A DNA stretch of 64,000 nt from Candidatus Aegiribacteria sp. (GCA_030600545.1 JAUVLV010000007.1:651-64650); one strand, 5' to 3'; counted from the stretch's first letter, positions 47,093-57,195 are shown. Program-made: numbers and translations. Notes: generated by a model from the sequence alone, not told the origin.

Positions 47093-47542
47093 ATGAGTAA
47101 CCAGAACGGGTCACTGTTCAGCGGAAGGGTATCGGCCGGAAGAACAACTTACTTCATAGATGTAAGGCAGGCAGTTAATGACAGATTCTACCTTTCGCTA
47201 ACGGAATCACGCAGAGTATCCGATTCCGGTTTCGACCAGAACAGAGTTTTCCTTTTCGAAGAGAACCTTGAAGAAATCGGTGCCATGCTCTCAAAAGCGG
47301 CTGATGAACTCAGGCAGGCTGCCGAAAAAAGAGGAGAGCTGCCGCAGGACGGGTCATCGGGCAATTATGAGCGCAGCGGAAAAACCTGGACCGAGGAAGA
47401 AGAGGGTATGCTGCAGGAAGAATTTCGGAAAAATACTCTGCGGGACGATATCGCATCCAAATTGAAAAGAAGCAGCTATGCCGTAACCCTCAGGCTGGAA
47501 AAACTGGGCCTTATAGAGAAAGAGAAAAAAGCAGTGGTGTAA
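47093..47542 (+). CDS. PUR-alpha-like (DUF3276-type) nucleic-acid-binding protein
   Basis: FSGRVSAGRTTYFIDVRQAVNDRFYLSLTESRR...NRVFLFEENLEEI resembles bacterial Pur-repeat proteins. The ATG at 47093 is preferred (AGGGAG upstream); an alternative ATG is at 47066. Confidence 0.5.
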   Translation: MSNQNGSLFSGRVSAGRTTYFIDVRQAVNDRFYLSLTESRRVSDSGFDQNRVFLFEENLEEIGAMLSKAADELRQAAEKRGELPQDGSSGNYERSGKTWTEEEEGMLQEEFRKNTLRDDIASKLKRSSYAVTLRLEKLGLIEKEKKAVV

Positions 47543-47572
47543 AAATACAGCTCAAAAGATCAGGTGTGATTG

Positions 47573-48016
47573 TCAGTTCAACTTTGCCGATCCTCTGATG
47601 GTTTCTGCCCACTTCTCCAGGTTATCTACCAGCCACGCAACGGAATCCGTGCCCCCGGCATCACTCCTGAAATCGATTTTCAGGAGTTTCTTCCCCTTCG
47701 TCTTTCCCAGAAAACTCCTGGGAGTCTCAACGGATATGATGCTGCGAAGAGGTACCAGTATTTCTTTTTTTGGCAGGAGCATTCTGAAGTAAAGCTGTGA
47801 AGACGTAAGCAGAAGAATACCGTTACCTCTTATCTGTTTCATCCCGCTGGATTTCAACCCGAAAAGGTTCGCCATGGGGGATGTCAGAATCCTGCTGTGT
47901 TCAGGATATTTCGCAGAAACTTCCTCCATGGCGGATTTGTTGAGCTTTCGAACCAGAAATACAAGCCCCATGATAAGAAACATCGAAGCTGCAATGAAAT
48001 TGATGGCTGTATTCAT
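47573..48016 (-). CDS. Membrane-anchored hypothetical protein (possible PH/GRAM-like domain)
   Basis: 147 aa. One N-terminal TM helix, then a beta-rich segment (IRGNGILLLTSSQLYFRML...). No confident family assignment. Confidence 0.35.
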   Translation of the reverse strand: MNTAINFIAASMFLIMGLVFLVRKLNKSAMEEVSAKYPEHSRILTSPMANLFGLKSSGMKQIRGNGILLLTSSQLYFRMLLPKKEILVPLRSIISVETPRSFLGKTKGKKLLKIDFRSDAGGTDSVAWLVDNLEKWAETIRGSAKLN

Positions 48017-48054
48017 ACGAGTTATTTCCCGGTATCTCCCGGATTTTCAGCCGA

Positions 48055-48429
48055 TCACATATCGAGTATTATCCACTCTCCATCCGAATTCAGTTCTAAA
48101 TCCATATCTTGATCATCGGTGTCTGTCTCGCCGGAATCGATTTCCTTAATTGTAATAGTATATTCAACTTCTACTTCGGTGCTGTCGTGATCGTAATCGA
48201 TCTCATCTATGGAGAATGACACGATTTCAATTCCATCAAGCATAGCTTCGTTGAATTCTGACTGCATTTCCGCTGACATGTAACTCTTCATCTTATCGTA
48301 ATCACCAGCCTGTGCTGCCTCAAGCATACTTTGCGCGATTTCTCCCGGTCCTGCAGGTGTGGATGATCCGCAGGATACGGCACCGGTGAGGATGATCATC
48401 AATACTGCGACTGCAGTTACTTTTAACAT
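48055..48429 (-). CDS. Putative lipoprotein, acidic
   Basis: 124 aa. Signal peptide ending LTGAVSCGSS (imperfect lipobox). The mature part is very acidic. Confidence 0.45.
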   Translation of the reverse strand: MLKVTAVAVLMIILTGAVSCGSSTPAGPGEIAQSMLEAAQAGDYDKMKSYMSAEMQSEFNEAMLDGIEIVSFSIDEIDYDHDSTEVEVEYTITIKEIDSGETDTDDQDMDLELNSDGEWIILDM

Positions 48430-48547
48430 TTTCCCTCCATTCGCCCTTCATGTATTGAAGGGTACATTAATGATGAAACGCGATTCCACAAGTTAAAGTA
48501 ACCTTGGCGAAATCCCGCTTCTCTGTTAGTGTAAGTAACCAATACTA

Positions 48548-49318
48548 ATGGAAAGACAATATGAAATGAATCCTCTTAACGCAATATTGCTTTTTCTGGC
48601 AGGTACTGCCGCCGGTTTCGTAAATGTCAACGCGGGTGGCGGCTCTTTTCTCACAATACCCCTTCTGATGCTCCTGGGGGGATTACCCGCGACTGCCGCA
48701 AACGGAACTAACAGAGTAGCTGTGCTGTTGCAGAATATTATCGCTGTCAGGAATTTCAGAAGACACGGGTTCAGGGATATAAGGCAGGGATTTAAACTTG
48801 GAGCTTCGGCAATGGCCGGCGCGGTCATAGGGTCAATAATAGTACAGGATATACCGGAGAGTACCTTTCGCACCATACTTTCTGTAATAATGGTTCTTGC
48901 TCTTGTAATTGTCCTCCGTCCGGGCAGAAAGAATTCCATCGAATACTGCGCAGAACAGCTCAAACACCCGGTTCTGCAGATTTTTCTGTTCTTCTTAATT
49001 GGTATTTACGGCGGTTTCATTCAGGCCGGAACCGGATACCTTATAATATTTTCTCTGTCTATTCTGGGAGGCCTTTCTCTCGTCAAAACCAACAGCCTTA
49101 AAATTATTATCATCGCAGCTTACCTTCTGCCCTCCCTGTTGGTTTTCATAATTAACGGAGAAGTTCGCTGGCTGCCTGCGATAATCCTTGCGGCTGGAAC
49201 CTCTACAGGCGGATGGTTCGGCTCTACCTTTGCAATAAAAAAGGGCGACAAATGGATACGGGTAATACTGGCTGCCGCAATTGTAGCGATGGCAGCAAAG
49301 ATGCTGGGGTTATTCTGA
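48548..49318 (+). CDS. TauE/SafE (TSUP) family anion exporter
   Basis: 256 aa, about 8 TM segments, with a glycine-rich repeat of two halves (GGGSFLTIPLL ... IQAGTGYLIIF). Confidence 0.8.
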   Translation: MERQYEMNPLNAILLFLAGTAAGFVNVNAGGGSFLTIPLLMLLGGLPATAANGTNRVAVLLQNIIAVRNFRRHGFRDIRQGFKLGASAMAGAVIGSIIVQDIPESTFRTILSVIMVLALVIVLRPGRKNSIEYCAEQLKHPVLQIFLFFLIGIYGGFIQAGTGYLIIFSLSILGGLSLVKTNSLKIIIIAAYLLPSLLVFIINGEVRWLPAIILAAGTSTGGWFGSTFAIKKGDKWIRVILAAAIVAMAAKMLGLF

Positions 49319-51634
49319 TAATTTATCGTTCTGTTTCTCAAGAACTTCCCTGATCATTGCTGAAAGATCTCCAATGCGGTAAGGTTTCTGAATATATCCC
49401 GCCAGGCGCTTACCCGCGAACCTGAGCATTACATCTTCCCTGCCGAAACCGCTGGACACGACCACCGGAATGTCGGTGCGAATACGGCGGATTTCCGTGT
49501 AAACTTCGTCACCGCTCAGGTGGGGCATGGTCAGATCCAGTATAACAAGTACCAGATCCTCCGCATTTTTCCTGAACATATCAACAGCTTCCCGGCCATC
49601 CATGGCCTGCAGGACAGTGAACCCAAGATGCTCAAGCATCCTTCGCCCCACGGCAAGAACAGTATCTTCATCATCAGCGAACAGTACGGTTCCTTTTCCA
49701 ACCCACTCTTTTTCCGTAATCCCCTCATCGGTATCAAGACCATCCGCACAATCGGTATCATAAACCGGGAAAAGAACCTTGAAAGTCGTTCCCTCCCCCG
49801 GCTCACTGTAAACCTTGATTGCTCCGTTATGACCTCTGATTATTCCCAGTACAGATGAAAGACCCAGGCCTCTTCCAGTGAACTTGGTAGTAAAGAAGGG
49901 TTCAAAGAGTTGCGATTTCACGGATTCGTCCATTCCGCACCCTGTATCGGATACTTCAATATAGACGTACATATTTTCCCTTATCTCCGAGGCCAGTTCA
50001 GTTGTATTCAAATATGCCGCGTCACAGTACATCGCCCCGGTTGTAATCGAAATAACACCGCTGGAATCTCCTATGGCCTCCGAAGCGTTGGTGATAAGAT
50101 TCATCAGGACCTGTCTTATCTGGGCTGCGTCAGCCACTATGAGCGGCAGCTTATCCGCAAGTCTGAATTTAAGAACAGCTTTCTTGGATATGCTTACCTC
50201 AAGCATATGTGTGAGTTCAACGACAACTCTATTCAGGTCAAGAGGCAGTATCTCATAATCACTTCTTCCGGAATAGGCGAGCATCTGTCTGGCAAGATCA
50301 GCCGCGGTAGTCGCTGCGTTTACAATCTCGTTCAGCGAACTCCTTGCGAGGCTGGTTTTTGGAACAGCTGTCAGCGCAAGGTCAGCATTCCCGAGAATAG
50401 CCATAAGGATGTTATTGAAATCGTGAGCGATGCCGCCAGTAAGAACCCCCAGGCTCTCCAGTTTCTGTGTATGCTGAATCTTTGCCTCCAGCTCAATTCG
50501 TTCTATCTCAGCTTTTCTCCGGGCTGTGATTTCTCGAACTAATGCTATTACCATCTCTTCTCCGTAAGGAGATAACCTTGCTTCGTAGAACCTGTGCTCC
50601 GACTGAATATCCAGCTCGTATTCCACTGACTGTACTCCTCCGCCTTCAAGGACATCATTTATACAGTCAAGGATCTCCTGGAGTTTGTCCTCGACCAGAT
50701 CGAGTTCTCTTATGTTACTTCCAATTATCCTTTCAGAAGGAAAAGCCAGATCTCTATCATCCTCTACAAAGAAATCGACATATTCCCCATCCCGCGTAAG
50801 TACGAACATTAAATCAGGCATGGTTTTTAGAAGGCTCTCCATATTCTGAACGCTCCGGTGGAGTTCCTTCTGAGTCTCTTTCAATTCGGATATGTCCAGA
50901 AGAGAGCAGACACTCCTTTTGGTACCGGGTATCATGTCTACCTGAAGAAGAACATTCTTCCGATTACCTTCTCTATCGATGAAATGGAATTCGTATTCGT
51001 TGGGAGAGGACCCTTTTTCTGCTCTTCTGTCTTCATGATACTTCATCATTCTGTCAATGTCTTCCGGATCAACGAATTCTGTCCATTGTTTCTTTCCGCA
51101 GATCTCATCGGTTGTACAGCCGGACAGCCGCTCAAATCCCCTGTTCGCCAGAAGAATTGTCTTGTCGCAGTCCAGGATAATCGTGGCCGTACCGGTGTTC
51201 TGAAAGACCGCCCTGTACCTTTCTTCGCTTTCCCTGAGAGCCTGCTTTGATTTGTACCAGTCGGTGATATCTATCGCGATTCCCCCTATCAGGGGTTCTT
51301 TATCCTCTCTGTCAATGCGGAACGAATGCACTTCAAAGGTAGATTCCGAACCATCGCGCCGAATATTCTTCTCGAAAACATTGTATCCCGTTCTCAGGGT
51401 TATTTCATCCTCTTCGGCCATTCCCTGAGCAAATTCATCGGCAAAATTCGCACCGTGCTCCTTACCGATAAAGTTCTCCTCAGGTCCGAAATAATCCGTG
51501 AAATACTTATTAACGTGAAGGTAATTTGAATGGTTGTCCCTTATGAATGCCGTTCCGGGAAAATGGTCAAGAAATGCGTTCAGAAGCATCTCCGATTCCT
51601 CCGATGATTCCACAGATTGCTTTTTCTCTGACAT
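49310..51634 (-). CDS. Soluble multi-PAS hybrid sensor histidine kinase
   Basis: 774 aa. Three PAS-like segments. H-box GGIAHDFNNILMAILG, DTGCGM, GRGLGLS, receiver VLFADDED...DLTMPHLSG. Confidence 0.85.
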   Translation of the reverse strand: MSEKKQSVESSEESEMLLNAFLDHFPGTAFIRDNHSNYLHVNKYFTDYFGPEENFIGKEHGANFADEFAQGMAEEDEITLRTGYNVFEKNIRRDGSESTFEVHSFRIDREDKEPLIGGIAIDITDWYKSKQALRESEERYRAVFQNTGTATIILDCDKTILLANRGFERLSGCTTDEICGKKQWTEFVDPEDIDRMMKYHEDRRAEKGSSPNEYEFHFIDREGNRKNVLLQVDMIPGTKRSVCSLLDISELKETQKELHRSVQNMESLLKTMPDLMFVLTRDGEYVDFFVEDDRDLAFPSERIIGSNIRELDLVEDKLQEILDCINDVLEGGGVQSVEYELDIQSEHRFYEARLSPYGEEMVIALVREITARRKAEIERIELEAKIQHTQKLESLGVLTGGIAHDFNNILMAILGNADLALTAVPKTSLARSSLNEIVNAATTAADLARQMLAYSGRSDYEILPLDLNRVVVELTHMLEVSISKKAVLKFRLADKLPLIVADAAQIRQVLMNLITNASEAIGDSSGVISITTGAMYCDAAYLNTTELASEIRENMYVYIEVSDTGCGMDESVKSQLFEPFFTTKFTGRGLGLSSVLGIIRGHNGAIKVYSEPGEGTTFKVLFPVYDTDCADGLDTDEGITEKEWVGKGTVLFADDEDTVLAVGRRMLEHLGFTVLQAMDGREAVDMFRKNAEDLVLVILDLTMPHLSGDEVYTEIRRIRTDIPVVVSSGFGREDVMLRFAGKRLAGYIQKPYRIGDLSAMIREVLEKQNDKLSE

Positions 51635-51744
51635 ATCCCTCCTATAATACTGATTGTAGAATATGTTTGAATATTGACTATATTACAATGAAGCGGTTGC
51701 GCAAGTTTGGATTCAGTCGAAGCCGAACTTATTCGGAAGGAACA

Positions 51745-52404
51745 ATGACTATCAGGATTTTGATACTGATTCTGGCAGCAAACACATTCTGCTCCGCAAA
51801 CCCGTCTGATACCATCATCCATTTACCCGAACCGGAACCGGACAGCGGCATGTCTGTAATGGAAGCCATCTGTCAAAGGCGGTCTGTAAGAAATTTCTCA
51901 GAGGAAAGTATATCACTTCCCGAACTCGCCGGGATTCTATTTGCCGCCCAGGGGATAACTTCGGAAACTGGTTACCGTGCAGCCCCTTCAGCTGGAGCGA
52001 CGTATCCTCTTTCAATTCTGATTGTGGCGGAAAATGTGGATTCCCTTGAACCGGGGATATACCGATTCGATCCGGAGGAAAACACTCTGACAACCGTGCG
52101 AACAGGATATTTTCAGAGTGACCTTGCCCTTGCAGCTATGGGCCAGCAGTTCATCAGCAGCGCACCTGTCGTTATTGCAATAGTAGCGAATTACCACATT
52201 ACAACCTCCGTATATGGTAACAGAGGTGTTATGTACGTACATATGGAAGCTGGGCACGTTTCGCAGAATATATATCTTCAGTGTACGGCACTGGAACTTG
52301 GGACCGTCGCAATCGGCGCTTTCACCAATGGCGCAGTTGCTGAGGTTCTGGGTATGGATGAGGATGAGACACCCCTCTACATCATGCCCATTGGCAAACC
52401 CTGA
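51745..52404 (+). CDS. SagB/nitroreductase-family flavoprotein with N-terminal hydrophobic signal-like segment
   Basis: RRSVRNFSEESISLPELAGILFAAQG, SAGATYPL and HMEAGHVSQNIYLQ are typical of the family. The ATG at 51745 follows GGAAGG. The ORF-track start at 51547 overlaps the divergent kinase. Confidence 0.75.
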   Translation: MTIRILILILAANTFCSANPSDTIIHLPEPEPDSGMSVMEAICQRRSVRNFSEESISLPELAGILFAAQGITSETGYRAAPSAGATYPLSILIVAENVDSLEPGIYRFDPEENTLTTVRTGYFQSDLALAAMGQQFISSAPVVIAIVANYHITTSVYGNRGVMYVHMEAGHVSQNIYLQCTALELGTVAIGAFTNGAVAEVLGMDEDETPLYIMPIGKP

Positions 52405-52412
52405 AAGGGAGT

Positions 52413-52688
52413 GTGTTTTTGCCTGACCTGTTCAGAATTTTTATCAGAAAGCTGTTCCCCCCTCTCTTTACCATTCGCATAAGGGGCGGTGAAGCCATTG
52501 TGGAAAACGGTAAACTTACGTCTGTATTCATACGGGACTGTTCGGATATTGCTGGAAAGAGTAAAATATCTTCCGGATGGATATGGGGTTTCAGCTCCGA
52601 TGACGGCGTAAGGTTAGAATTCTCTTCGGGCATCAACGGAAGCGACAGGCAGCGCTTCAGAAATGTTACCGGAGTCCACAGGCTCTAA
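52413..52688 (+). CDS. Hypothetical small protein (DUF3634-like by recollection)
   Basis: 91 codons from GTG at 52413 (or TTG at 52419, 7 nt after AAAGGGAG). The pattern ...VENGKL...FIRDCSDIA...RQRFRNV is assigned from memory only. Confidence 0.3.
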   Translation: MFLPDLFRIFIRKLFPPLFTIRIRGGEAIVENGKLTSVFIRDCSDIAGKSKISSGWIWGFSSDDGVRLEFSSGINGSDRQRFRNVTGVHRL

Positions 52689-52739
52689 AGGATATGCAAA
52701 GGGGATAACGGAATTGATCGGAAAGAGAACAGGTGTCGG

Positions 52740-53072
52740 GTGAGCACAAAAAAATCAATGTACGAAAGGATCTACTCGGTTGTCAGCATGGTTCCCCCTG
52801 GCAGAGTAGCAACCTACGGACAGATAGCCAGGATTGCGGGAAGATGCTCCGCACGAAACGTGGGTTATGCTATGTCCTCCGTTCCTCCCGGAAGCGATGT
52901 ATCCTGGCACAGGATAATAAACAGCAGGGGAAGCGTAAGTATCAGAAGCCATGGAGAATCGTGCACCGCACAAAGACAGATGCTGGAGAGCGAGGGAATT
53001 ATCTTCAGCAACAGGGGAATTGTTAACCTGGACAGATTCGGCTGGCAGAAACCTCAACTCGATAAAGGGTAA
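52740..53072 (+). CDS. Alkyltransferase-like (ATL) protein: MGMT/Ogt DNA-binding domain lacking the acceptor cysteine
   Basis: VPPGRVATYGQIARIAG HTH, and SWHRIINSRG in place of the PCHRV active site (Trp at the Cys position, as in Atl1/YbaZ). Confidence 0.75.
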   Translation: MSTKKSMYERIYSVVSMVPPGRVATYGQIARIAGRCSARNVGYAMSSVPPGSDVSWHRIINSRGSVSIRSHGESCTAQRQMLESEGIIFSNRGIVNLDRFGWQKPQLDKG

Positions 53073-53073
53073 T

Positions 53074-54030
53074 ATGGCAGATAAGGATAGAAGAGACTGG
53101 TCCGAAAAGGATCTGAAGAAGCATATAATTGAAGCCAGAAAATACCTCTGGCGCGAAAGCACCATCGAGAGAATATCCTTCTGGCTTGGTTTGAAAAACG
53201 GTATAACTGCGGTCGATGTAGGCTGCGGACTTGGATACCTGGGCTGGACTTTCTGGCCGCACTTCGGCGATGGCAGTACTTACATAGGTTTAGACTGCTC
53301 GATCAAGCTGCTCCGCGAAGCACAGGATACTTCTTCAGAATGGTCAGAGGGCGGCAGGGCTTTTTTCGCGAATTGCTCTATATACAGTATTCCCCTGCCC
53401 GATGAATGCGCCGACTGGGTAATGTGCCAGACACTGCTGATGCACCTCGAATTTCCCGAAGATGCCATGAACGAAATGATCAGGATAACGAAACCCGGCG
53501 GCGTTATCATGTGCATGGAACCGGACAACATTTCCTCATCGCTGAACATGGTATCCAATTCGGTATACTCCCCTTCGATCAAAGAGAAACTTGAGCAGTT
53601 CAAGATGCAGCTGATCTGGGCTGAAGGTAGAAAGAAACTTGGAAGGGGCGACTGGGGAATAGGCACCAGTGTACCAAAGATGATGGCCGACCTGGGGCTG
53701 ATGAATATCGATGCCCTTATTAACGACTCTCCCCATTTTGTTCACCCTCCTTACGAAACGGAAGTTCAGAAGTACAGTATTGAGAAAATGCCTGAACACA
53801 TCAAGGATAGGGATGAGAACACCAGGAAGCTGCTCTGGAAGGAATTCAGAGAGTGTTTCCTCGCCGGAGGCGGTTCACTGACCACTTTTTACAGGTACAA
53901 AAAAAACAGTGAGGAAAAACAGAAGCAGTACGAACCGATTATTCTTGATCAGCTGGAGAAAAAAACCTACTATCACGGTATCAGCGGCTCTCACTTCTTC
54001 TGCATAAGGGGGTTCAAACCGGAAGGATGA
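53074..54030 (+). CDS. Class I SAM-dependent methyltransferase
   Basis: Motif I VDVGCGLGYLG and post-I/II regions. ATG at 53074, 1 nt after the upstream stop. The ORF-track start at 52951 overlaps the ATL gene. Confidence 0.7.
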   Translation: MADKDRRDWSEKDLKKHIIEARKYLWRESTIERISFWLGLKNGITAVDVGCGLGYLGWTFWPHFGDGSTYIGLDCSIKLLREAQDTSSEWSEGGRAFFANCSIYSIPLPDECADWVMCQTLLMHLEFPEDAMNEMIRITKPGGVIMCMEPDNISSSLNMVSNSVYSPSIKEKLEQFKMQLIWAEGRKKLGRGDWGIGTSVPKMMADLGLMNIDALINDSPHFVHPPYETEVQKYSIEKMPEHIKDRDENTRKLLWKEFRECFLAGGGSLTTFYRYKKNSEEKQKQYEPIILDQLEKKTYYHGISGSHFFCIRGFKPEG

Positions 54031-54509
54031 TCGATTATAAACAGAAGATCATCAGGATCATCCCGGCTGACAAACACGGGAAATTCAGCACCTGGCACCA
54101 GCCTGTGAAGATGGATAAGGCTGATGTGATCTCTGTGAATCGTCCTGTAAGATTCCCTTCCAGCTGCAGAAACCTCCAGCTCCATCTCAAGCTGCGGTAC
54201 GTTATTTGTGGTCAGGCCGGTTTCATTAACCGAAATTATCGTAGCAATTCCTTTCATTCCATTCTCAATAAGCAATGTTTCCCGCTTCTGTCGCTTCCGG
54301 ACCATGCGGGAAATCATCAGGAGGGCAACTAAGGGAGAAAGAATGAAGAACACTCCCAGAGTGGTGAAGGAATTCAGAAACCCGGGTTTCATTTGAGGTG
54401 AAGGATCACCGATGATGTCAAATATTATGAGACCTGAGCCTACCAGAACAAATACTACTATCGGTATTGCGAAAATCCACCATCTCCCCGGAATGTACTG
54501 CCAGGCCAT
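53991..54509 (-). CDS. Membrane protein (DUF3592-like topology)
   Basis: 172 aa. Two N-terminal TM helices, then a soluble beta-rich domain. No catalytic motif. Confidence 0.4.
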   Translation of the reverse strand: MAWQYIPGRWWIFAIPIVVFVLVGSGLIIFDIIGDPSPQMKPGFLNSFTTLGVFFILSPLVALLMISRMVRKRQKRETLLIENGMKGIATIISVNETGLTTNNVPQLEMELEVSAAGRESYRTIHRDHISLIHLHRLVPGAEFPVFVSRDDPDDLLFIIDHPSGLNPLMQKK

Positions 54510-54543
54510 ATGACCTCCTCCATCAACTTGTCTAGACTCAAGG

Positions 54544-54768
54544 TCAGGGCATTTGTATCATGTATACCTTCTGCACGCCATTTTCCGGATCTTCTTCACA
54601 GGCAAGTATACCAGGAAATTCGATGTGAAACATCCAACTCAATCTGAGGACACGGTACATATTCGGGCGGTGCCTGTAGTGCCAGGCCGCTTCTACAAGA
54701 AGGCGCCTGATAAAACTGTTACCGCAACGAGTAATGCTGCTGCGCTTTTCTCTAAGCTCCTCCTGCAA
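54544..54768 (-). pseudogene. C-terminal remnant of an IS110-family transposase
   Basis: ITRCGNSFIRRLLVEAAWHYRHRP matches the conserved IS110 C-terminal segment (..GN..LRRLLVEAAW...). There is no N-terminal DEDD domain and the frame decays afterwards. Confidence 0.55.
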
Positions 54769-54845
54769 CTTCCCCTTGACTTACCAATATATCCCGATTA
54801 ATTTGTGGACCACAGATGACACATTGACTCAAGAATGGGATAAGA

Positions 54846-55892
54846 ATGAGCAAATGGCTTATAACCGGTGGTTCCGGTTTCCTGGGAATAAATCTTATAC
54901 GCGCTCTTGTTGAAAAGGGGCATGAGGTTGTTTCTATTGATATTGCGCCATTCACCTATTCCGACATGTCAGACCTCATTGATCATCGTATCGTAGATAT
55001 CAGGGACAGGAAAACGGTTGATGAGTGCATGTCACTTGGAATTGATGTTTTCATGCATGGAGCTGCAGCTCTGCCTCTTTACAAAAAGTCAGATATTCTC
55101 TCCACAAATATCGAAGGAACCCGCAATGTTCTTGAATCCGCATATGAACACGGTGTCAAGCGTGGTATTTACATCTCATCCACTGCTGTTTACGGAATTC
55201 CGGAAAAACATCCGCTTTTTGAAGATGACCCGCTTGTAGGTGTGGGAGCTTACGGTTATACAAAGATCGAAGCAGAGAAGATAGTTCATGAGTTCCGCGA
55301 CAAGGGAATGACCATTACAACATTAAGACCGAAATCCTTCGTGGGACCGGAACGACTTGGCGTGTTTGCTATCTTTTATCAGTGGGCATCCGAGGGTAGA
55401 AGCTTCCCAATGATCGGGAGAGGTAAGAACCTCTACCAGCTTTTACATGTTGAAGACCTTTGCAATTCCATTATTATGTTCGCTGAACACAGTGATACTG
55501 ATTCAATTAATACCGAGTTCAATATTGGCGCGAAGGTCTTTTCCACCATGAGGGAAGACTACCAGGTGGTTCTGGACAAAGCGGGTTTTGAAAAGAAGAT
55601 CAAGGAATCCCCGGCCCATCTTGTTATTTTTGCCCTTGAGGTTCTGGAGCTTCTCAATCTCTCCCCGCTGTATCCATGGGTTTACAAGACAGCCACAAAA
55701 GACTCCTTTGTTTCTACAGACAAAGCTGAGAAAATTATTGGTTTTACTCCAAAGTACTCCAACAAGGATGCTTTGTTGAGGAATTACCAATGGTATCTTG
55801 ATAACAAGAACAAATTCGAAAAGGGAGATGGAGTAACCCACAGAACTCCATGGAGCCAGGGTGTTCTGGGTTTAGTGAGACATTTCTTTTAG
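54846..55892 (+). CDS. NAD-dependent epimerase/dehydratase (extended SDR)
   Basis: ITGGSGFLGINL Rossmann motif, catalytic YGYTK (YxxxK), 348 aa. Confidence 0.85.
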   Translation: MSKWLITGGSGFLGINLIRALVEKGHEVVSIDIAPFTYSDMSDLIDHRIVDIRDRKTVDECMSLGIDVFMHGAAALPLYKKSDILSTNIEGTRNVLESAYEHGVKRGIYISSTAVYGIPEKHPLFEDDPLVGVGAYGYTKIEAEKIVHEFRDKGMTITTLRPKSFVGPERLGVFAIFYQWASEGRSFPMIGRGKNLYQLLHVEDLCNSIIMFAEHSDTDSINTEFNIGAKVFSTMREDYQVVLDKAGFEKKIKESPAHLVIFALEVLELLNLSPLYPWVYKTATKDSFVSTDKAEKIIGFTPKYSNKDALLRNYQWYLDNKNKFEKGDGVTHRTPWSQGVLGLVRHFF

Positions 55893-56131
55893 AAAACGAA
55901 TAGGATCATTACAGAAGATAAGTCTAAATTAATTGCAGAGCACTTATCCGGCTGTTGTGTTTCAATTGCATTAAATTTTATGGCTTTCGACACGATAATA
56001 CCATCAATGCTGATAAATGAGGTAGGCAATGCAGGTTTGCCGGGAATTCTGACCATATGATGTTATTAGTCGTTGCAACCAGTATTGTCTTTACAAAAAG
56101 ACTCCCATGCAAATAAGAGGAAATATTAATT

Positions 56132-56788
56132 ATGCACAGAAACTATCCTGATTCAAAAGTAGAGATTCAAGGACTTTCCGCAAAACATTATGACAATTTG
56201 TTGAATATTGCTTCACTGGGAGGCTACAGCCATTTTATTAAAAAAGCAATTGGAGAGATTAACATTGCACAGGATGATACAATTCTGGATTTCGGTGCCG
56301 GAACCGGAAGAAATGCTCTTTTGATGAACAAAAAGCTTTCCGGGAAAGGTGAAATTCTTGGACTGGAGATCTCTGAATTGATGATTGTTCAATTCAGGAA
56401 GAAAACCGAAAAATTCGATAACATCAATGTAATAAATCAGCGGATCGATCAACCATTTGAACTTGACAGGAAATATGACAAAGTCTTTATCTCCTTCGTA
56501 TTTCATGGATTTCCCTTTGAGACACAGAAAAACATCATTGTTAACGCATTTAATGCATTGAAAGATGACGGTGAATTTGTTATGCTCGATTTCAATGAAT
56601 TTATTACTGATGATACACCGTTCTATTTTAGAATCCCCTTTAAAATTATCGAATGCAGATACGCTTTCGAGTATGTTGAACGGGATTGGAAACACATCTT
56701 TTCCGAATACGGTTTCCACGATTTCAACGAAAAGTTATTCCTTGGGAATCACATTCGTCTGCTGACAACAAGGAAGGAAATCCAATGA
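56132..56788 (+). CDS. Class I SAM-dependent methyltransferase
   Basis: ILDFGAGTGRNA motif I and VFISFVFHGF motif. 218 aa. Confidence 0.75.
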   Translation: MHRNYPDSKVEIQGLSAKHYDNLLNIASLGGYSHFIKKAIGEINIAQDDTILDFGAGTGRNALLMNKKLSGKGEILGLEISELMIVQFRKKTEKFDNINVINQRIDQPFELDRKYDKVFISFVFHGFPFETQKNIIVNAFNALKDDGEFVMLDFNEFITDDTPFYFRIPFKIIECRYAFEYVERDWKHIFSEYGFHDFNEKLFLGNHIRLLTTRKEIQ

Positions 56789-57195
56789 AGCTTCTTATGA
56801 TTTACTGTAATACATTTGCCTACAGTACCAACGTTAAAAATCTGGAGTCAGTTAAAGAGTACGATGAAAATGAAAATTTTGAAAATACACTTGTCGGCTT
56901 CATTCAGGTGGAGAAAAAGGATGAGGAAGATCTTTCCAGAATTGAAACAAAAATGATAAAGAATCTGAAATGGGCAGCAAAGAAAAACGATACAAGCAAG
57001 ATTGTCCTGCACTCTTTTGCTCACTTATCAATGAGCAAAGCTGATGAGACAACAACGAAAGAGATGTTCGACAGGACTGAAAAGAGACTGGATAAATCAG
57101 GTTATGAAACATCACAAACTCCATTCGGTTACTTCCTGGATCTGGATGTCCAGGCGCCAGGCAAATCTCTGGCGAGGATTTTCAAGGAATTCTAA
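56785..57195 (+). CDS. Free-standing homolog of the archaeal-type threonyl-tRNA synthetase editing domain (DTD-like fold)
   Basis: 136 aa from the ATG at 56785, which overlaps the methyltransferase stop (ATGA). LVGFIQVEKKDEED, VLHSFAHLS and TPFGYFLDLDVQAPGKSLARIF resemble the tRNA-Thr_ED family as I recall it. Confidence 0.5.
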   Translation: MKLLMIYCNTFAYSTNVKNLESVKEYDENENFENTLVGFIQVEKKDEEDLSRIETKMIKNLKWAAKKNDTSKIVLHSFAHLSMSKADETTTKEMFDRTEKRLDKSGYETSQTPFGYFLDLDVQAPGKSLARIFKEF

